NCBI GenBank assembly: GCA_041584475.1
Contig: JBFHDX010000003.1
Coordinates: 12,621-76,620, forward strand
Direction: 5' to 3'
From: Alphaproteobacteria bacterium
Lineage (GTDB): Bacteria; Pseudomonadota; Alphaproteobacteria; UBA8366; JADFVY01
Length of the DNA stretch: 64,000 nt
The notes under the pieces were generated by a model. The model worked only from the letters and a program-made list of their open reading frames with translations, was not told the origin of the DNA and did not search any database. The translations under genes were made by a program, and so were the position numbers. Each line of letters opens with the position of its first letter. The first letter of the stretch is position 1. Shown one piece after another: positions 21,182 to 35,139 of this stretch.

Positions 21182-23203
21182 TCAGGCGGCGCGCTGGCGG
21201 TTGGCGATCACGTCGTCCGCGAGGCGACCCGTGAGTTCCGACAGATGGTCGAATTTCCAGACATAGGTGCCGACGCCGAAGGTCAGCGAGCGCAGCTCGA
21301 TGATGATGTCGTGCAGCTCCGCCTGCGGCATGTGGGCGACGACTTCGTCCCAGCCCGACCAGCCGGCCTTCGCGTCGAAGCCCAGGATCTGACCGCGACG
21401 TTTGCTGATCAGTCCCTGCACCTTCGCGGTGTAGCTGTTCGGCACATAGACATGGACCTCGCAGATCGGCTCGAGCAGCACCGGATCGCATTGCGGGATC
21501 GCATCCTTCATGCCCTGTATCGCGGCGAGCTTGAAGGCCATGTCCGAGCTGTCGACGCTGTGGTACTGGCCGTCGAACAGGTTGACCGCGAAATCGACCA
21601 GCGGGAAGCCGAGCGGACCTTCCTGCATGTACTCCCGGACGCCCGCCTCGACCGCCGGGATGTACTGGCGAGGCACGGCGCCGCCGGTGATCGATTCGCT
21701 GAACTCGAACCCCGTGCCGCGCCGTAGCGGCTTGACCTCGATCTGCACGTCGCCGAACTGTCCGTGTCCGCCGCTCTGTTTCTTGTGACGGGCGTGCTGC
21801 TTGATGCCCTTGCGGATCGTCTCCTTGTAGGGAGTCTGCGGACGCCGGCTGTCGACCGCAACGTTGTAGCGATTGGCGAGGCGATCGGCGGCGACCTGAA
21901 GGTGGATTTCACCCTGCCCCCACAGAATCATCTCGCGCGTGTCCTGGCTGTGCTCGACGCTCAGCGACGCATCCTCGTCCATCAGCCGCTGCAGCGCAGC
22001 GGACAGCTTGACTTCGTCTTCCCGCTTCTTCGGCGTGATCGCGAAGGCATAGACCGGTTGTGCCGGCTCCGGCCAGGAAATCCCATCGACCGGGCCCGAT
22101 GTCGACAAGGTCTGCCCGGTCGAGACCTCGTCCATCCGGCCCAGGGCGACGATGTCTCCGGCCACGGCCGCCGGCACCTTCGAGAGGGTGTGCCCGACCA
22201 TGCGATTGAGACCGCTGACCTTGTGATCCCCGAAACTCATGCCGTCCTTGACGGTACCGCGGAAGACCCGGGCCAGCGAGGTCTTGCCCGTATGCGGCAT
22301 GTGGTAGGTCTTGAACACCTGGACCAGCGGCTCGCCGGCGGGGGCGCCGAGCCGCGCCACGGCCTTGTCGACCTCCGGGGTTTCGTGGCGCAGCGCCTTC
22401 ATCAAACGGTGCACGCCGTTCATCTGCTCGGCCGCTCCCAGGAAGACGGGCACGATCAGGTCCTGCTCGAGATCCTTGGTCAGGTGGCCGTAGATCTCGC
22501 TCTTTCCGGGCACGACGTCCTCGAGCAGCTGCTCGAGCAGCGTGTCGTCGAAGTCGGCCAGGGTTTCCAGCAGTTCCTGACGCGCGACGGCCTCGCGATC
22601 GCTCATGTCGCCCGGGATCGAGATCAGCTCCGAGGCATGGCCCGGCTTGAACTGGTAGGCCCGCTCGGACACCAGATCGACGTAGCCGGTGATCGACTCG
22701 CCCTTGCGGATCGGTACCTCGCGCAGCACCAGCTTGCGCGACGAGACCGACTGCAGCGCCTCGAGCATGTCGCTTATCCGCACGTCCGCATTGTCTAGCT
22801 TGTTGATGAACACCATGTGCGGGATTTCGTGCTCGTCGAGGAAGTGGAAGAGCGGCGCGAGCGTCATCGCGCGCTGGACCTCGGGGTCGCAGACGACGAC
22901 CGCGACATCGGCGACCATCAGCGCCGACCGGGTGTCGTTCCAGAATTCCACCGACCCGGGACAATCGAGGAAATGCCAAGTCTCGCCGAGGAACTCGGCC
23001 GTCGCCGGCGTTACCTCCACGCTCATGTTGCGGGCGCGCGCCTCGGCCGATGCGTCACCTACCGTATTCCCGTCCTTCTGATTGCCCCGGCGTTCGGTCG
23101 CGCCGCACGTGTACAGGAGCGATTCCATGAGCGTCGTCTTGCCGCTGAGATAGGGCCCCACGAGCGCTGCAACGCGTGGAGCCGCGGTTTTCGTGCCGGG
23201 CAT
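21182..23203 (-). CDS. Elongation factor G-like GTPase (EF-G paralogue, outside any ribosomal-protein operon)
   Basis: The track fuses this into a 1051-aa ORF. The real start is the ATG at 23203 (MPGTKTAAPRVAALVG), which has an AAGGAG RBS. G1 is GPYLSGKT, G3 is DCPG and G4 is NKLD. A domain IV-like KKQSGGHGQFGDV is present. Length is 673 aa. Confidence 0.88.
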   Translation of the reverse strand: MPGTKTAAPRVAALVGPYLSGKTTLMESLLYTCGATERRGNQKDGNTVGDASAEARARNMSVEVTPATAEFLGETWHFLDCPGSVEFWNDTRSALMVADVAVVVCDPEVQRAMTLAPLFHFLDEHEIPHMVFINKLDNADVRISDMLEALQSVSSRKLVLREVPIRKGESITGYVDLVSERAYQFKPGHASELISIPGDMSDREAVARQELLETLADFDDTLLEQLLEDVVPGKSEIYGHLTKDLEQDLIVPVFLGAAEQMNGVHRLMKALRHETPEVDKAVARLGAPAGEPLVQVFKTYHMPHTGKTSLARVFRGTVKDGMSFGDHKVSGLNRMVGHTLSKVPAAVAGDIVALGRMDEVSTGQTLSTSGPVDGISWPEPAQPVYAFAITPKKREDEVKLSAALQRLMDEDASLSVEHSQDTREMILWGQGEIHLQVAADRLANRYNVAVDSRRPQTPYKETIRKGIKQHARHKKQSGGHGQFGDVQIEVKPLRRGTGFEFSESITGGAVPRQYIPAVEAGVREYMQEGPLGFPLVDFAVNLFDGQYHSVDSSDMAFKLAAIQGMKDAIPQCDPVLLEPICEVHVYVPNSYTAKVQGLISKRRGQILGFDAKAGWSGWDEVVAHMPQAELHDIIIELRSLTFGVGTYVWKFDHLSELTGRLADDVIANRQRAA

Positions 23204-23358
23204 GTGCTTCTCCTTTCCGGATCCTTCACCTTCGCGGCGGCGCCGGCGCGCGCGGACCGCGGCGGCGCCGTTCCCTGTCGCCTTCATGCTCCCATTGGCG
23301 ACCCTGTCGATGCAAGGAGAATTCGAGCGGCACGGCGCCGCCGGCGGCGGACGCGCGG

Positions 23359-24276
23359 TTACGCTCGCTCGAGGTGCAGCACGCCCTCGCTGACGGCGAC
23401 GGCCCCGCCGCCGACGCGGACCGCCGTTACGTGCGCACCTTCCACGTCGGCCTCGAGTTCGATCAGGCTCGGCCGGCCCATATCCTCCCCCTGCGCGATG
23501 CGCCAGCGATTCGTGCCGGCCCGATGCCGTTTCGTCTCCACCAGGTATCCGGCGAGGGCCGCCGCGGCCGACCCCGTCGCCGGATCCTCCGCGATGCCCA
23601 TCCCTGGCGAGAACATGCGCGCGTGCAAGTCGGGCCCGCGGCCGCCCGACCCCGGACAGAACAGGAATACGGGCGATGCCCAGAAATCCGCGAGCAGCCG
23701 TTCCCAGAGGTCCATGCGCAGCCGGGCGCGCGCCAGCGCCGCGCGGTCGGCCAGCCGCACGAAGACGAACGGCACACCGCAGGAATAGGCCCGCGGGCGG
23801 TCGGCTTCGCCGAGGACGTCGCCGGCATCGAGCGAGAGCATCTCTGCCAGAGCCGCGGCAGCGGGCGCCGGCGGCCCAGGTTCGGGCAGCTGCGCCGTCG
23901 TGAATTGCGCGAAGACGGGTCGCCCACCGTCGGCGCGGATCGTCACGGGGACCGGTCCGACCCCTTCTTCGAGAATCGCCTCGGTCGAGTCGCCGGACAG
24001 ACGGATGCGGCCGCTCCAGGCGAGCACGAGCGCCGTGCCAACGGTCGGGTGCCCGGCGAACGGCAGTTCGGCCGAAGGCGTGAAGATGCGCAGCCGCGCC
24101 GCATGGGCGGACTCCTCCGGCGGCAGTACGAACACCGTCTCGGACAGGTTCATCTCGCGCGCGATCCGCTGCATCTTGGCATCGTCGATCCCCTCGCCGT
24201 CGGGGAACACGGCCAGCGGATTGCCGCCGAACATCCGGTCGGTGAATACGTCGGCGGTATGGAATCGGTACGACAT
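23359..24276 (-). CDS. PhzF family isomerase-like protein
   Basis: I prefer the ATG at 24276 (MSYRFHTADVFTDRMFGGNPLAVF). Further motifs are NLSETVFV, PFAGHPTVG and EDPATGSAA. Confidence 0.85.
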   Translation of the reverse strand: MSYRFHTADVFTDRMFGGNPLAVFPDGEGIDDAKMQRIAREMNLSETVFVLPPEESAHAARLRIFTPSAELPFAGHPTVGTALVLAWSGRIRLSGDSTEAILEEGVGPVPVTIRADGGRPVFAQFTTAQLPEPGPPAPAAAALAEMLSLDAGDVLGEADRPRAYSCGVPFVFVRLADRAALARARLRMDLWERLLADFWASPVFLFCPGSGGRGPDLHARMFSPGMGIAEDPATGSAAAALAGYLVETKRHRAGTNRWRIAQGEDMGRPSLIELEADVEGAHVTAVRVGGGAVAVSEGVLHLERA

Positions 24277-24293
24277 GCGAAGTCCCCCCGGGG

Positions 24294-25214
24294 TCAGGCG
24301 TGGCCCGCGGCATGGAGCTTGAGCGCCGCGTAGACAATCGCGTTGGCCGGCGTCGCGAGTCCGAGCTCGCGCCCGAGCCGGACCACGGCGCCGGACAGCC
24401 ACGGCAGCTCGAGCCGGTTGCCGCGCTCGAGGTCGCCCAGCATCGATGCCTTCATCGCTGCGGGCAGCCCTTCCGAAAAACGCATGAGGTCCGCGATCAG
24501 CGTGTCGGGCAAGCCGACGGCCCTGGCGCGCCCGACCGTCGCGGTTTCCTCCATCAGCGCGACAAACAGGGCGCGTGTGTCGGGGTCGCCGAGAATCGCA
24601 CCGATCGGCATGCGCGTGACCGACGTGGCGCCCGAAAGCCCCACCAGGAACACGAACTTCTCCCAGATGTCGGTCTCGATGGCGTCGCTGAGCTTCGTCT
24701 CGAATCCCGCCCGCAGGCAGGCCGCGTGGAGTCGCTCGAGTCGCGCGCTGCGCGAGCCGTCGAGTTCACCGAAGGTAAGCCGGGCGAGCGTTCCGTTCTG
24801 TCGGATCACGCCGGGCGCCTCGATCAATGCGGCGATATGCGCGACACCGCCGACCGCATGCGCGGCACCGAGCACGCGACCGATGGCCGCTTCGCCGTCG
24901 ACGCCGTTCTGCAGGCAGACCACGCCGGTGGCCGGACCGACCAGCGGTCGGCATGCCTCGGCAGCCGACTCGGTGTCCCACAGCTTGACCGCGAAGAGCA
25001 CGATATCGACGGGCCCCACCTGCGCCGGGTCGTCCGTCGCGCTGGCCGGCCGCACGAGCATGTCGCCTGCCGGTGCCAGCACCTTGAGGCCGGCGGCGCG
25101 GATCGCCTGCAGGTGAGCGCCGCGGGCGATGAAGGTGACGTCCTCCCCGGCGAGCGCCAGCCGGGCCCCGAACCAGCCACCGACCCCGCCCGTGCCCATG
25201 ACCGCGATCTTCAT
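24294..25214 (-). CDS. 2-dehydropantoate 2-reductase (ketopantoate reductase, PanE/ApbA family)
   Basis: 306 aa. Rossmann N-terminus is MKIAVMGTGGVGGWFGARLA. The C-terminal ApbA_C-like region includes SMLGDLERGNRLE. Confidence 0.85.
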   Translation of the reverse strand: MKIAVMGTGGVGGWFGARLALAGEDVTFIARGAHLQAIRAAGLKVLAPAGDMLVRPASATDDPAQVGPVDIVLFAVKLWDTESAAEACRPLVGPATGVVCLQNGVDGEAAIGRVLGAAHAVGGVAHIAALIEAPGVIRQNGTLARLTFGELDGSRSARLERLHAACLRAGFETKLSDAIETDIWEKFVFLVGLSGATSVTRMPIGAILGDPDTRALFVALMEETATVGRARAVGLPDTLIADLMRFSEGLPAAMKASMLGDLERGNRLELPWLSGAVVRLGRELGLATPANAIVYAALKLHAAGHA

Positions 25215-25232
25215 GTCGCGCCTGCCGCGACC

Positions 25233-28764
<3,532 letters not shown>

Positions 28765-28886
28765 CTGATTCACCCTAATTCCCCGCCGTCGCCAGCAGTC
28801 GTTCGCAACGGCAAGCGACCGCACCGCTCCCCGGCGGGGGATGACGGGGCGCCGCGCTTGCCGCCGGCGTGACCTCGCCGGACCGA

Positions 28887-29396
28887 CTAATGCGCCGGCT
28901 CGACCGCCTCGACCGTGACTTCGACGGACATCCTTCCGGCGTGCTCGAAGAACAGGGTCACCGGAAACGTCGAACCGACCGCCGGTGCGACTTCCGGTTC
29001 CATCAGCATGATGTGCGACCCGCCATGCTCCAGCGTGGCGGTCGCGCCCGCGGGAACGTCCAGTACCGCCGTCTGCATGTGCATCGCAACGCCGCTGGTC
29101 CCGGCGCCGTTCGCGTGCGGGCCGTCCTGGACGACGGCGAGCATCGTCCTGCGCGAGACCTTGCTGCGCACGGCATAGAGGCGATCGCGCGCGGCTCCGG
29201 CATTATGGATGTCCATGTAGACCTCCACACGCCGGCCGTTGACCGGATCCTCCATGACGTGGGCGGTCGCGCCGCTGACGCTGACGTCCGCCGCCGACGC
29301 CGGAGCGCCGGCGAGGCCGGCGTACATGAATGCTGCCGCGACCGCCAGCATAGCCAGCTCGCGTTCCCGCGGGTCTTCGTTTTGGGTTCGTGCCAT
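28887..29396 (-). CDS. Copper chaperone PCu(A)C (DUF461) family periplasmic protein
   Basis: 169 aa. Signal peptide is MLAVAAAFMYAGLAGAPASA. The Met/His-rich region is VAMHMQTAVLDVPAGATATLEHGGSHIMLM, as in PCuAC proteins. The start is either 29396 (AGAGGAA RBS) or the Met at 29351. Confidence 0.72.
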   Translation of the reverse strand: MARTQNEDPRERELAMLAVAAAFMYAGLAGAPASAADVSVSGATAHVMEDPVNGRRVEVYMDIHNAGAARDRLYAVRSKVSRRTMLAVVQDGPHANGAGTSGVAMHMQTAVLDVPAGATATLEHGGSHIMLMEPEVAPAVGSTFPVTLFFEHAGRMSVEVTVEAVEPAH

Positions 29397-29747
29397 CGTG
29401 GGGTGTTTCCTCTAACTCTCTCTACCCGATGCCCGGCCCCTTACTTTTGCTGCCAACCCGGCTTTCTTATTAGCGGGGCAAGGTTGCCAATTGCTTAAGT
29501 CTTAATACGTTTGGGACAGCTCCTCCGTTGCGGACACTGCTGCAAGCGTTTTCGGATCGGCTAGTGAACAACGGGTTTGACCGCGTTTGCATTCCATCGG
29601 ACCGCCGAATTCCGGACGCCGGATCGCGAGTCGGCAGCGAGCGCCGCCCTCGCGCCGCACAGGGGACTGTCAAACGGGGTAGCCGCCCACTTGGCAACGG
29701 CGCCGCCACCCCGTGACCCGCTTCGCATCCGCGCCTATATTGTCGGC

Positions 29748-31922
29748 ATGTCCGTCGCCACCATGACCCGCAAGCCGCCGGAACGGCCCCGTTCCGAAGG
29801 CGGCATCCCGTTCGACCTGGTGTCCGAGTATCAGCCGGCCGGCGATCAGCCCCAGGCAATCGGGGAACTGGTGGCGGGGGTCGGCGCCGGCGAGAGGGAC
29901 CAGGTGCTACTCGGCGTCACCGGCTCGGGCAAGACCTTCACGGTCGCCCGGATCATCCAGGAAACCCAGCGCCCGGCGTTGATCCTGGCGCCGAACAAGA
30001 CACTTGCGGCGCAGCTTTACGGCGAGATGCGCTCGTTCTTCCCGAACAACTCGGTCGAGTATTTCGTCTCCTACTACGACTACTACCAGCCCGAGGCCTA
30101 TCTGCCGCGGACCGATACCTATATCGAGAAGGATTCCTCGAGGAACGAGCAGATCGACCGCATGCGGCACGCGGCAACGCGCGCCCTGTTCGAGCGTGAC
30201 GACGTGATCATCGTCGCCTCGGTCTCGTGCATCTACGGCATCGGCTCGCCGGAGACCTATTCGGAGATGACGATCGAGCTCGCGGCCGGCGGGCGCGTCG
30301 AGCGCGACACGCTGCTCGCCGGCCTCGTCGAGCTTCAATACCGCCGCAACGACACGAACTTCGTGCGCGGCACGTTCCGGGTGCGCGGCGACGTGATCGA
30401 GATTTTCCCGGCGCATTACGAGGATCGCGCGTGGCGGATCTCGCTGTTCGGCGAGGACATCGAGACGATCGACGAGTTCGACCCGTTGACCGGCGCAAAG
30501 GCGACGTCGCTAGAGGCCGTACGCGTTTACGCCAACAGCCATTACGTCACTCCGCGACCGACGTTGCAGCAGGCGACGCGGACCATCAAGATCGAGCTGA
30601 AGGACCGGCTCGGCGAACTCAATGCCGCGAACCGGCTGCTCGAAGTGCAGCGGCTCGAGCAACGCACGACGTTCGACCTCGAAATGATCGAGGCGACGGG
30701 CTCGTGCCCCGGCATCGAGAACTATTCGCGTCACCTGACCGGCCGCAATCCCGGCGAACCGCCGCCGACCCTGTTCGAGTACCTGCCGGACAACATGATC
30801 CTGTTCGTCGACGAGAGCCACGTCACCGTGCCGCAGATCGGCGGCATGGCGCGCGGCGACTACGCGCGCAAGTCGGTGCTCGCCGAATACGGCTTCCGCT
30901 TGCCGTCCTGCGTCGACAACCGGCCGCTGACGTTCGACGAGTGGAACCACATGCGGCCACAGACCGTCTACGTATCGGCGACGCCGGGGCCATGGGAGCT
31001 GGAGCGGACCGGCGGCGTGTTCGTCGAGCAGGTGGTGCGGCCGACGGGGCTGGTCGACCCGGTCTGCGTCGTGCGGCCGACCGAGCACCAGGTCGACGAC
31101 CTGCTCGCCGAGTGCAGGGACTGCGCGGAGCGGGGCCAGCGGGTGCTGGTGACCACGCTGACCAAGCGCATGGCCGAGGATCTTACCGAATACATGGTCG
31201 AGGCGGGCCTCAAGGTGCGCTATCTCCACTCCGACGTCGATACGCTCGAGCGTATCGAGATCATCCGCGACCTGCGGCTCGGGGCATTCGACGTGCTCGT
31301 CGGCATCAACCTGTTGCGCGAGGGTCTCGACATCCCCGAATGCGCGCTGGTGGCGATCCTCGACGCCGACAAGGAGGGATACCTGCGCAGCCGCACCTCG
31401 CTGATCCAGACGATCGGACGCGCGGCGCGCAACATCGACGGCCGCGTCATCCTCTATGCCGACAGCATGACCGAGTCGCTCAAATACGCGATCGAGGAGA
31501 CCGAGCGGCGGCGCGAGAAGCAGCAGGCCTACAATGCCGAACGCGGCATTACCCCGGAGACGGTTCGCAAGCAGATCGCCGATATCCTCGACAGCGTGTA
31601 CGAGCGCGATCATGTCACCGTCGCGACGGGGGACGCGGCGGCGCCGCACCTGGTCGGGCTCGACCTCAAGAGCTATCTGTCGCAGCTCGAGGACCGCATG
31701 CGGGCGGCCGCCGCCGATCTCGAATTCGAGGAGGCGGCGCGGCTGCGCGACGAGATCAAGCGACTCGAGGCGTTCGACCTCGAGATGCCGGTCGACGTGT
31801 TGCCGCTGGATCCGGCGATCGCCGGAACGCTAGCCGGCGGCGGCAAGGCGCTGCAACCGGCGGGCGGCGGGCGGCGCAGATCGCCGAAGGGCAGGTCGAA
31901 GGGCAAGCACAGGCGGCGCTGA
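29748..31922 (+). CDS. uvrB: Excinuclease ABC subunit B
   Basis: The track ORF starts at 29577. I prefer the ATG at 29748 ([11 protein letters not shown]). Motifs are [17 protein letters not shown], Walker [17 protein letters not shown] and the C-terminal UVR motif [17 protein letters not shown]. Confidence 0.96.
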   Translation: MSVATMTRKPPERPRSEGGIPFDLVSEYQPAGDQPQAIGELVAGVGAGERDQVLLGVTGSGKTFTVARIIQETQRPALILAPNKTLAAQLYGEMRSFFPNNSVEYFVSYYDYYQPEAYLPRTDTYIEKDSSRNEQIDRMRHAATRALFERDDVIIVASVSCIYGIGSPETYSEMTIELAAGGRVERDTLLAGLVELQYRRNDTNFVRGTFRVRGDVIEIFPAHYEDRAWRISLFGEDIETIDEFDPLTGAKATSLEAVRVYANSHYVTPRPTLQQATRTIKIELKDRLGELNAANRLLEVQRLEQRTTFDLEMIEATGSCPGIENYSRHLTGRNPGEPPPTLFEYLPDNMILFVDESHVTVPQIGGMARGDYARKSVLAEYGFRLPSCVDNRPLTFDEWNHMRPQTVYVSATPGPWELERTGGVFVEQVVRPTGLVDPVCVVRPTEHQVDDLLAECRDCAERGQRVLVTTLTKRMAEDLTEYMVEAGLKVRYLHSDVDTLERIEIIRDLRLGAFDVLVGINLLREGLDIPECALVAILDADKEGYLRSRTSLIQTIGRAARNIDGRVILYADSMTESLKYAIEETERRREKQQAYNAERGITPETVRKQIADILDSVYERDHVTVATGDAAAPHLVGLDLKSYLSQLEDRMRAAAADLEFEEAARLRDEIKRLEAFDLEMPVDVLPLDPAIAGTLAGGGKALQPAGGGRRRSPKGRSKGKHRRR

Positions 31923-32008
31923 GCCGCGTCGTCGAGGGTTTGCGGCAAAACCTGGAATCGTAGTGACGAGACGTGCCGGCACGCCGGCATTGCGAGGGGG
32001 ACAGAGCG

Positions 32009-33805
32009 ATGTCGATCCTGGGGCTGGCGACCGTGCTGATGGTCGCGGCGGTGATTGCGGTACCGGTCGCGAAGCGGCTCGGGCTCGGCTCGGTGCTCGG
32101 CTACCTCGCGGCGGGTGCGGTGCTCGGTCCGGCCGGGCTCGGCATCGTGCGCGACGTCGACAATATCCTCCATTTCGCCGAGCTGGGCGTCGTCCTGCTG
32201 CTGTTCATCATCGGCCTCGAGCTGCAGCCGAGCCGCCTTTGGACCATGCGCCGCCCGGTGTTCGGGCTGGGCGGTGCGCAGGTCGCGGTCTCGGCGCTGC
32301 CGATCGCGCTGGCCGGCTGGCTTGCCGGACTGTCGCCGCAGGCGGCCCTGGTCGTCGGCCTGGCGCTGGCACTCTCGTCGACCGCGTTCGCGTTGCAGCT
32401 GCTTGCGGAGAAGAACCAGCTGACGACGAAACATGGCCGGGCCGCCTTCTCGATCCTGCTGTTCCAGGATATCGCGGCGATCCCGATCCTCGCCCTGACG
32501 CCGCTACTCGGGCCGCAGGACGGCGCGCCGCCCGGCGCCGGCGAGACGGCGCTGGCCGCCGCACAGGTGGTGGCGGTGGTCGTCGCGGTCGTGCTCGGCG
32601 GCCGCTATCTGCTGCGCCACGTCTTCAGGATCGTCGCCGCGAGCGGAATCCGCGAGGTGTTCACGGCGACCGCACTGCTGACCGTCGTCGGTACGGCGCT
32701 GCTGATGCAGCTGGTCGGACTGTCGATGGGACTCGGCGCCTTCCTCGCCGGCGTCCTGCTGGCGGACTCGGAATACCGGCACGAGCTCGAAGCGGATATC
32801 GAGCCGTTCAAGGGGCTGCTGCTCGGGCTGTTCTTCATCGCCGTCGGCATGTCGGTCGACCTCCGCCTGGTCGGCACGCAGCCGACGCTCATCGCCGGCC
32901 TCGTGGCCGGTCTGGTGGCGCTCAAGGGAATCGTCCTCTATGGGTTGGGCCGGCTCTACTGCGAGACCGACGCGTCGGCCCGTCAGCTCGCGCTGGCGAT
33001 CCCGCAGGGTGGCGAATTCGCCTTCGTCATCTTCGGCGTCGCCGTCGGCGCCGGCGTCATGGATTCCGGCATCGCCGACCTGCTGGTCCTCGTCGTGTCG
33101 CTGTCGATGGCGGTGACACCGCTGCTCATGGCTGCCCACGACATCGTCCTGCGCGGGCGCGGCAAGCCCGCCGCTGCCGACGGGTACGAACCGCCGGACC
33201 CGGAGGAGCACCCGGTGATCATCGCGGGGTTCGGCCGGTTCGGGCAGATCGTCGGACGCGTCCTGCGCGCCCGCAAGATCGGCTTCACCGCGCTTGAGGC
33301 GAGTTCCGACCAGGTCGATTTCGTCAAGAAGTTCGGCAACAAGGTCTATTACGGCGATGCGTCGCGCCTCGACCTGCTGCGCGCCGCGGGCGCCGACCGG
33401 GCAACCGCGTTCGTCCTGGCCATCGACGATGTCGATTCCTCGCTGCGAACCGCGTCGACGGTGGCCCGGCATTTCCCGAGACTGAAGATCTATGCGCGGG
33501 CGCGGAACCGTGCCCATGCCTACAAGCTGATGGAGCTCGGCGTCGAGGTGATCCGGCGCGAAACGCTGCTGTCGAGCCTCGACCTGGCGCGCGCGCTGCT
33601 CGAGGGTCTCGGTCTGCCCGAATACGACGCCGAGAAGACTGTGCAGACCTTCCGCCGGCACGACGAACAGCGCCTGCATGCGCATTTCGACATGCGCGAC
33701 GACGAGGATCGCATGGCGCAGCTGGCGCAGGAATGGGCGAAGGAGCTCGAACAGCTGTTCGAGCAGGACGCTGCCGACGAGGCGGCGCGCCGCGGCATAT
33801 CGTAG
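32009..33805 (+). CDS. Monovalent cation:proton antiporter-2 (CPA2) family K+ efflux protein, KefB/KefC-like, with C-terminal RCK/TrkA-N domain
   Basis: I prefer the ATG at 32009 (MSILGLATVLMVAAVIAVPVAKRLGLGSVLGYLAAG). It has a polytopic Na+/H+-exchanger-type body followed by VIIAGFGRFGQIVGRVL (NAD-fold RCK). Confidence 0.9.
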   Translation: MSILGLATVLMVAAVIAVPVAKRLGLGSVLGYLAAGAVLGPAGLGIVRDVDNILHFAELGVVLLLFIIGLELQPSRLWTMRRPVFGLGGAQVAVSALPIALAGWLAGLSPQAALVVGLALALSSTAFALQLLAEKNQLTTKHGRAAFSILLFQDIAAIPILALTPLLGPQDGAPPGAGETALAAAQVVAVVVAVVLGGRYLLRHVFRIVAASGIREVFTATALLTVVGTALLMQLVGLSMGLGAFLAGVLLADSEYRHELEADIEPFKGLLLGLFFIAVGMSVDLRLVGTQPTLIAGLVAGLVALKGIVLYGLGRLYCETDASARQLALAIPQGGEFAFVIFGVAVGAGVMDSGIADLLVLVVSLSMAVTPLLMAAHDIVLRGRGKPAAADGYEPPDPEEHPVIIAGFGRFGQIVGRVLRARKIGFTALEASSDQVDFVKKFGNKVYYGDASRLDLLRAAGADRATAFVLAIDDVDSSLRTASTVARHFPRLKIYARARNRAHAYKLMELGVEVIRRETLLSSLDLARALLEGLGLPEYDAEKTVQTFRRHDEQRLHAHFDMRDDEDRMAQLAQEWAKELEQLFEQDAADEAARRGIS

Positions 33806-33891
33806 GGTACGGGCCGGAATTCCTTCCCACCGCTGCGTTTCGGGTTATATTCGCTCGGTGGAGGTGGCGCGATTCCGGGTTGGAGCGGGCG

Positions 33892-34296
33892 ATGAGCCAG
33901 ACCGATCATGCTCTGTCGGTGGTGCAGCGGGCTTACCGCTGCCTCGAGGCGGGCGACATGTCCGGGCTCATGGCGTTGATGGACACCAACCTCGACTATA
34001 TCGAGCCAGGGCCGCCGGGCCGCATACCCTGGGCGGGCCATTTCAAGGGCCTCGAAGGGTTCGCCCAGTGGATGGCCTCGAACCAGGAGCACCTGGAGAA
34101 CAGCAGGATCGAGCCCGAGGATTACGTATCGGACGGGAATCGCGTGGTCATGTTCGCGCGCATGTCGGCGACCGTCCGCAAGACCGGGAAGCCCCTCGAG
34201 AGCCATCTCGCCATCGCTTTCACGATCACGAACGGACGGCTGCGAACGGTCCGCATCTACCAGGATACGGCTGCGCTGCTCGAGGCGATCGCCTGA
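33892..34296 (+). CDS. SnoaL-like / NTF2-fold (ketosteroid-isomerase-like) protein
   Basis: I prefer the ATG at 33892 (MSQTDHALSVVQRAYRCLEAGDMSGLMALMD...). Length is 134 aa. The pattern is typical of SnoaL_2/NTF2-like proteins (V..AY.....GD...L..L...D..W, ending F.I.NG.I). Confidence 0.7.
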   Translation: MSQTDHALSVVQRAYRCLEAGDMSGLMALMDTNLDYIEPGPPGRIPWAGHFKGLEGFAQWMASNQEHLENSRIEPEDYVSDGNRVVMFARMSATVRKTGKPLESHLAIAFTITNGRLRTVRIYQDTAALLEAIA

Positions 34297-34404
34297 CCCG
34301 CGACGCCGCGTCCGTCGACGGCCCTTGCCGAGACCGTTCGCGCTCACGGATAATGGGTGCGTCGCCTGTCGTCCCCCGCAATCGAACCGCGTGCCGCTGA
34401 TCCG

Positions 34405-35139
34405 ATGAATTCCGGTTTCCTGTCCCTCCTGCGCCTCGTCCTGGGCAGCGTAAGGGATCTGGGTCCGATCATCGTCGTCATCGGTTTCTTCCAGATCGTC
34501 GTCTTGCAGCAGCCGTTCCCCGAACTCGAGCGGGTCGCGATCGGCGTCGTGCTGGTCATGGTCGGACTCACGCTCTTCGTCGAGGGTCTGGAGATGGGCC
34601 TGTTCCCGATCGGCGAAGCCATGGCGCACGCCTTCGCACGCAAGGGCAGCCTCGCCTGGCTGCTCCTCTTCGCGTTCTGTCTCGGCTTCGGAACGACCGC
34701 GGCCGAGCCGGCGCTGATCGCGGTGGCGGCGGAGGCCGCGCGCGCCATGGCCGAGGCCGGTGTCGTCGCGCCCGACGCGCCGTCCCGGGCGTCCTATGCG
34801 CTCGGCCTGCGGTTCACGGTCGCCATTTCGGTCGGCGCGTCGCTCGTGCTCGGCGTCTACCGGATCCTCAAGGGGTGGCCGGTCCACGTCCTTATCATCG
34901 GGGGCTACATCATCGTCGTCATCCTGACCTTCTTCGCGCCGCCGGAGATCGTCGGCGTCGCATACGATTCCGGAGGCGTGACGACGTCGACCGTGACCGT
35001 ACCGCTGGTCACGGCACTCGGTTGCGGGCTGGCGGCGACGATCCGCGGCCGCAACCCCCTCACCGACGGCTTCGGACTGATCGCCTTCGCAAGCATGTTC
35101 CCGATGATCTTCGTCATGCTCTACGGGATGGTCGTGTGA
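34405..35139 (+). CDS. DUF1538 family polytopic membrane protein, paralogue A
   Basis: The track start at 34357 is a GTG. The ATG at 34405 ([30 protein letters not shown]) aligns with the N-terminus of paralogue B. Conserved block is [50 protein letters not shown]. Confidence 0.8.
   Translation: MNSGFLSLLRLVLGSVRDLGPIIVVIGFFQIVVLQQPFPELERVAIGVVLVMVGLTLFVEGLEMGLFPIGEAMAHAFARKGSLAWLLLFAFCLGFGTTAAEPALIAVAAEAARAMAEAGVVAPDAPSRASYALGLRFTVAISVGASLVLGVYRILKGWPVHVLIIGGYIIVVILTFFAPPEIVGVAYDSGGVTTSTVTVPLVTALGCGLAATIRGRNPLTDGFGLIAFASMFPMIFVMLYGMVV

Noticed and set aside
21182-24337. 1051-aa minus-strand ORF taken as one gene
   Set aside because: Its N-terminal 378 codons overlap the PhzF-family gene (23359-24276) in another frame and translate to Arg/Pro/Gly-rich nonsense. 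The EF-G-like homology begins exactly at the internal ATG at 23203, which has an AAGGAG RBS.
29397-29747. Alphaproteobacterial SOS box (GAAC-N7-GAAC / GTTC-N7-GTTC) upstream of uvrB
   Set aside because: The only candidate is GAACAACGGGTTTGAC (about 29565-29580), and its second half-site is TTGA rather than GAAC. No convincing LexA site was seen here or upstream of uvrC.
29577-29747. 57-codon N-terminal extension of uvrB in the ORF track
   Set aside because: UvrB homology ([17 protein letters not shown]) begins shortly after the Met at 29748. The extension is Ala/Arg/Pro-rich and crosses the promoter region shared with the divergent PCuAC gene.
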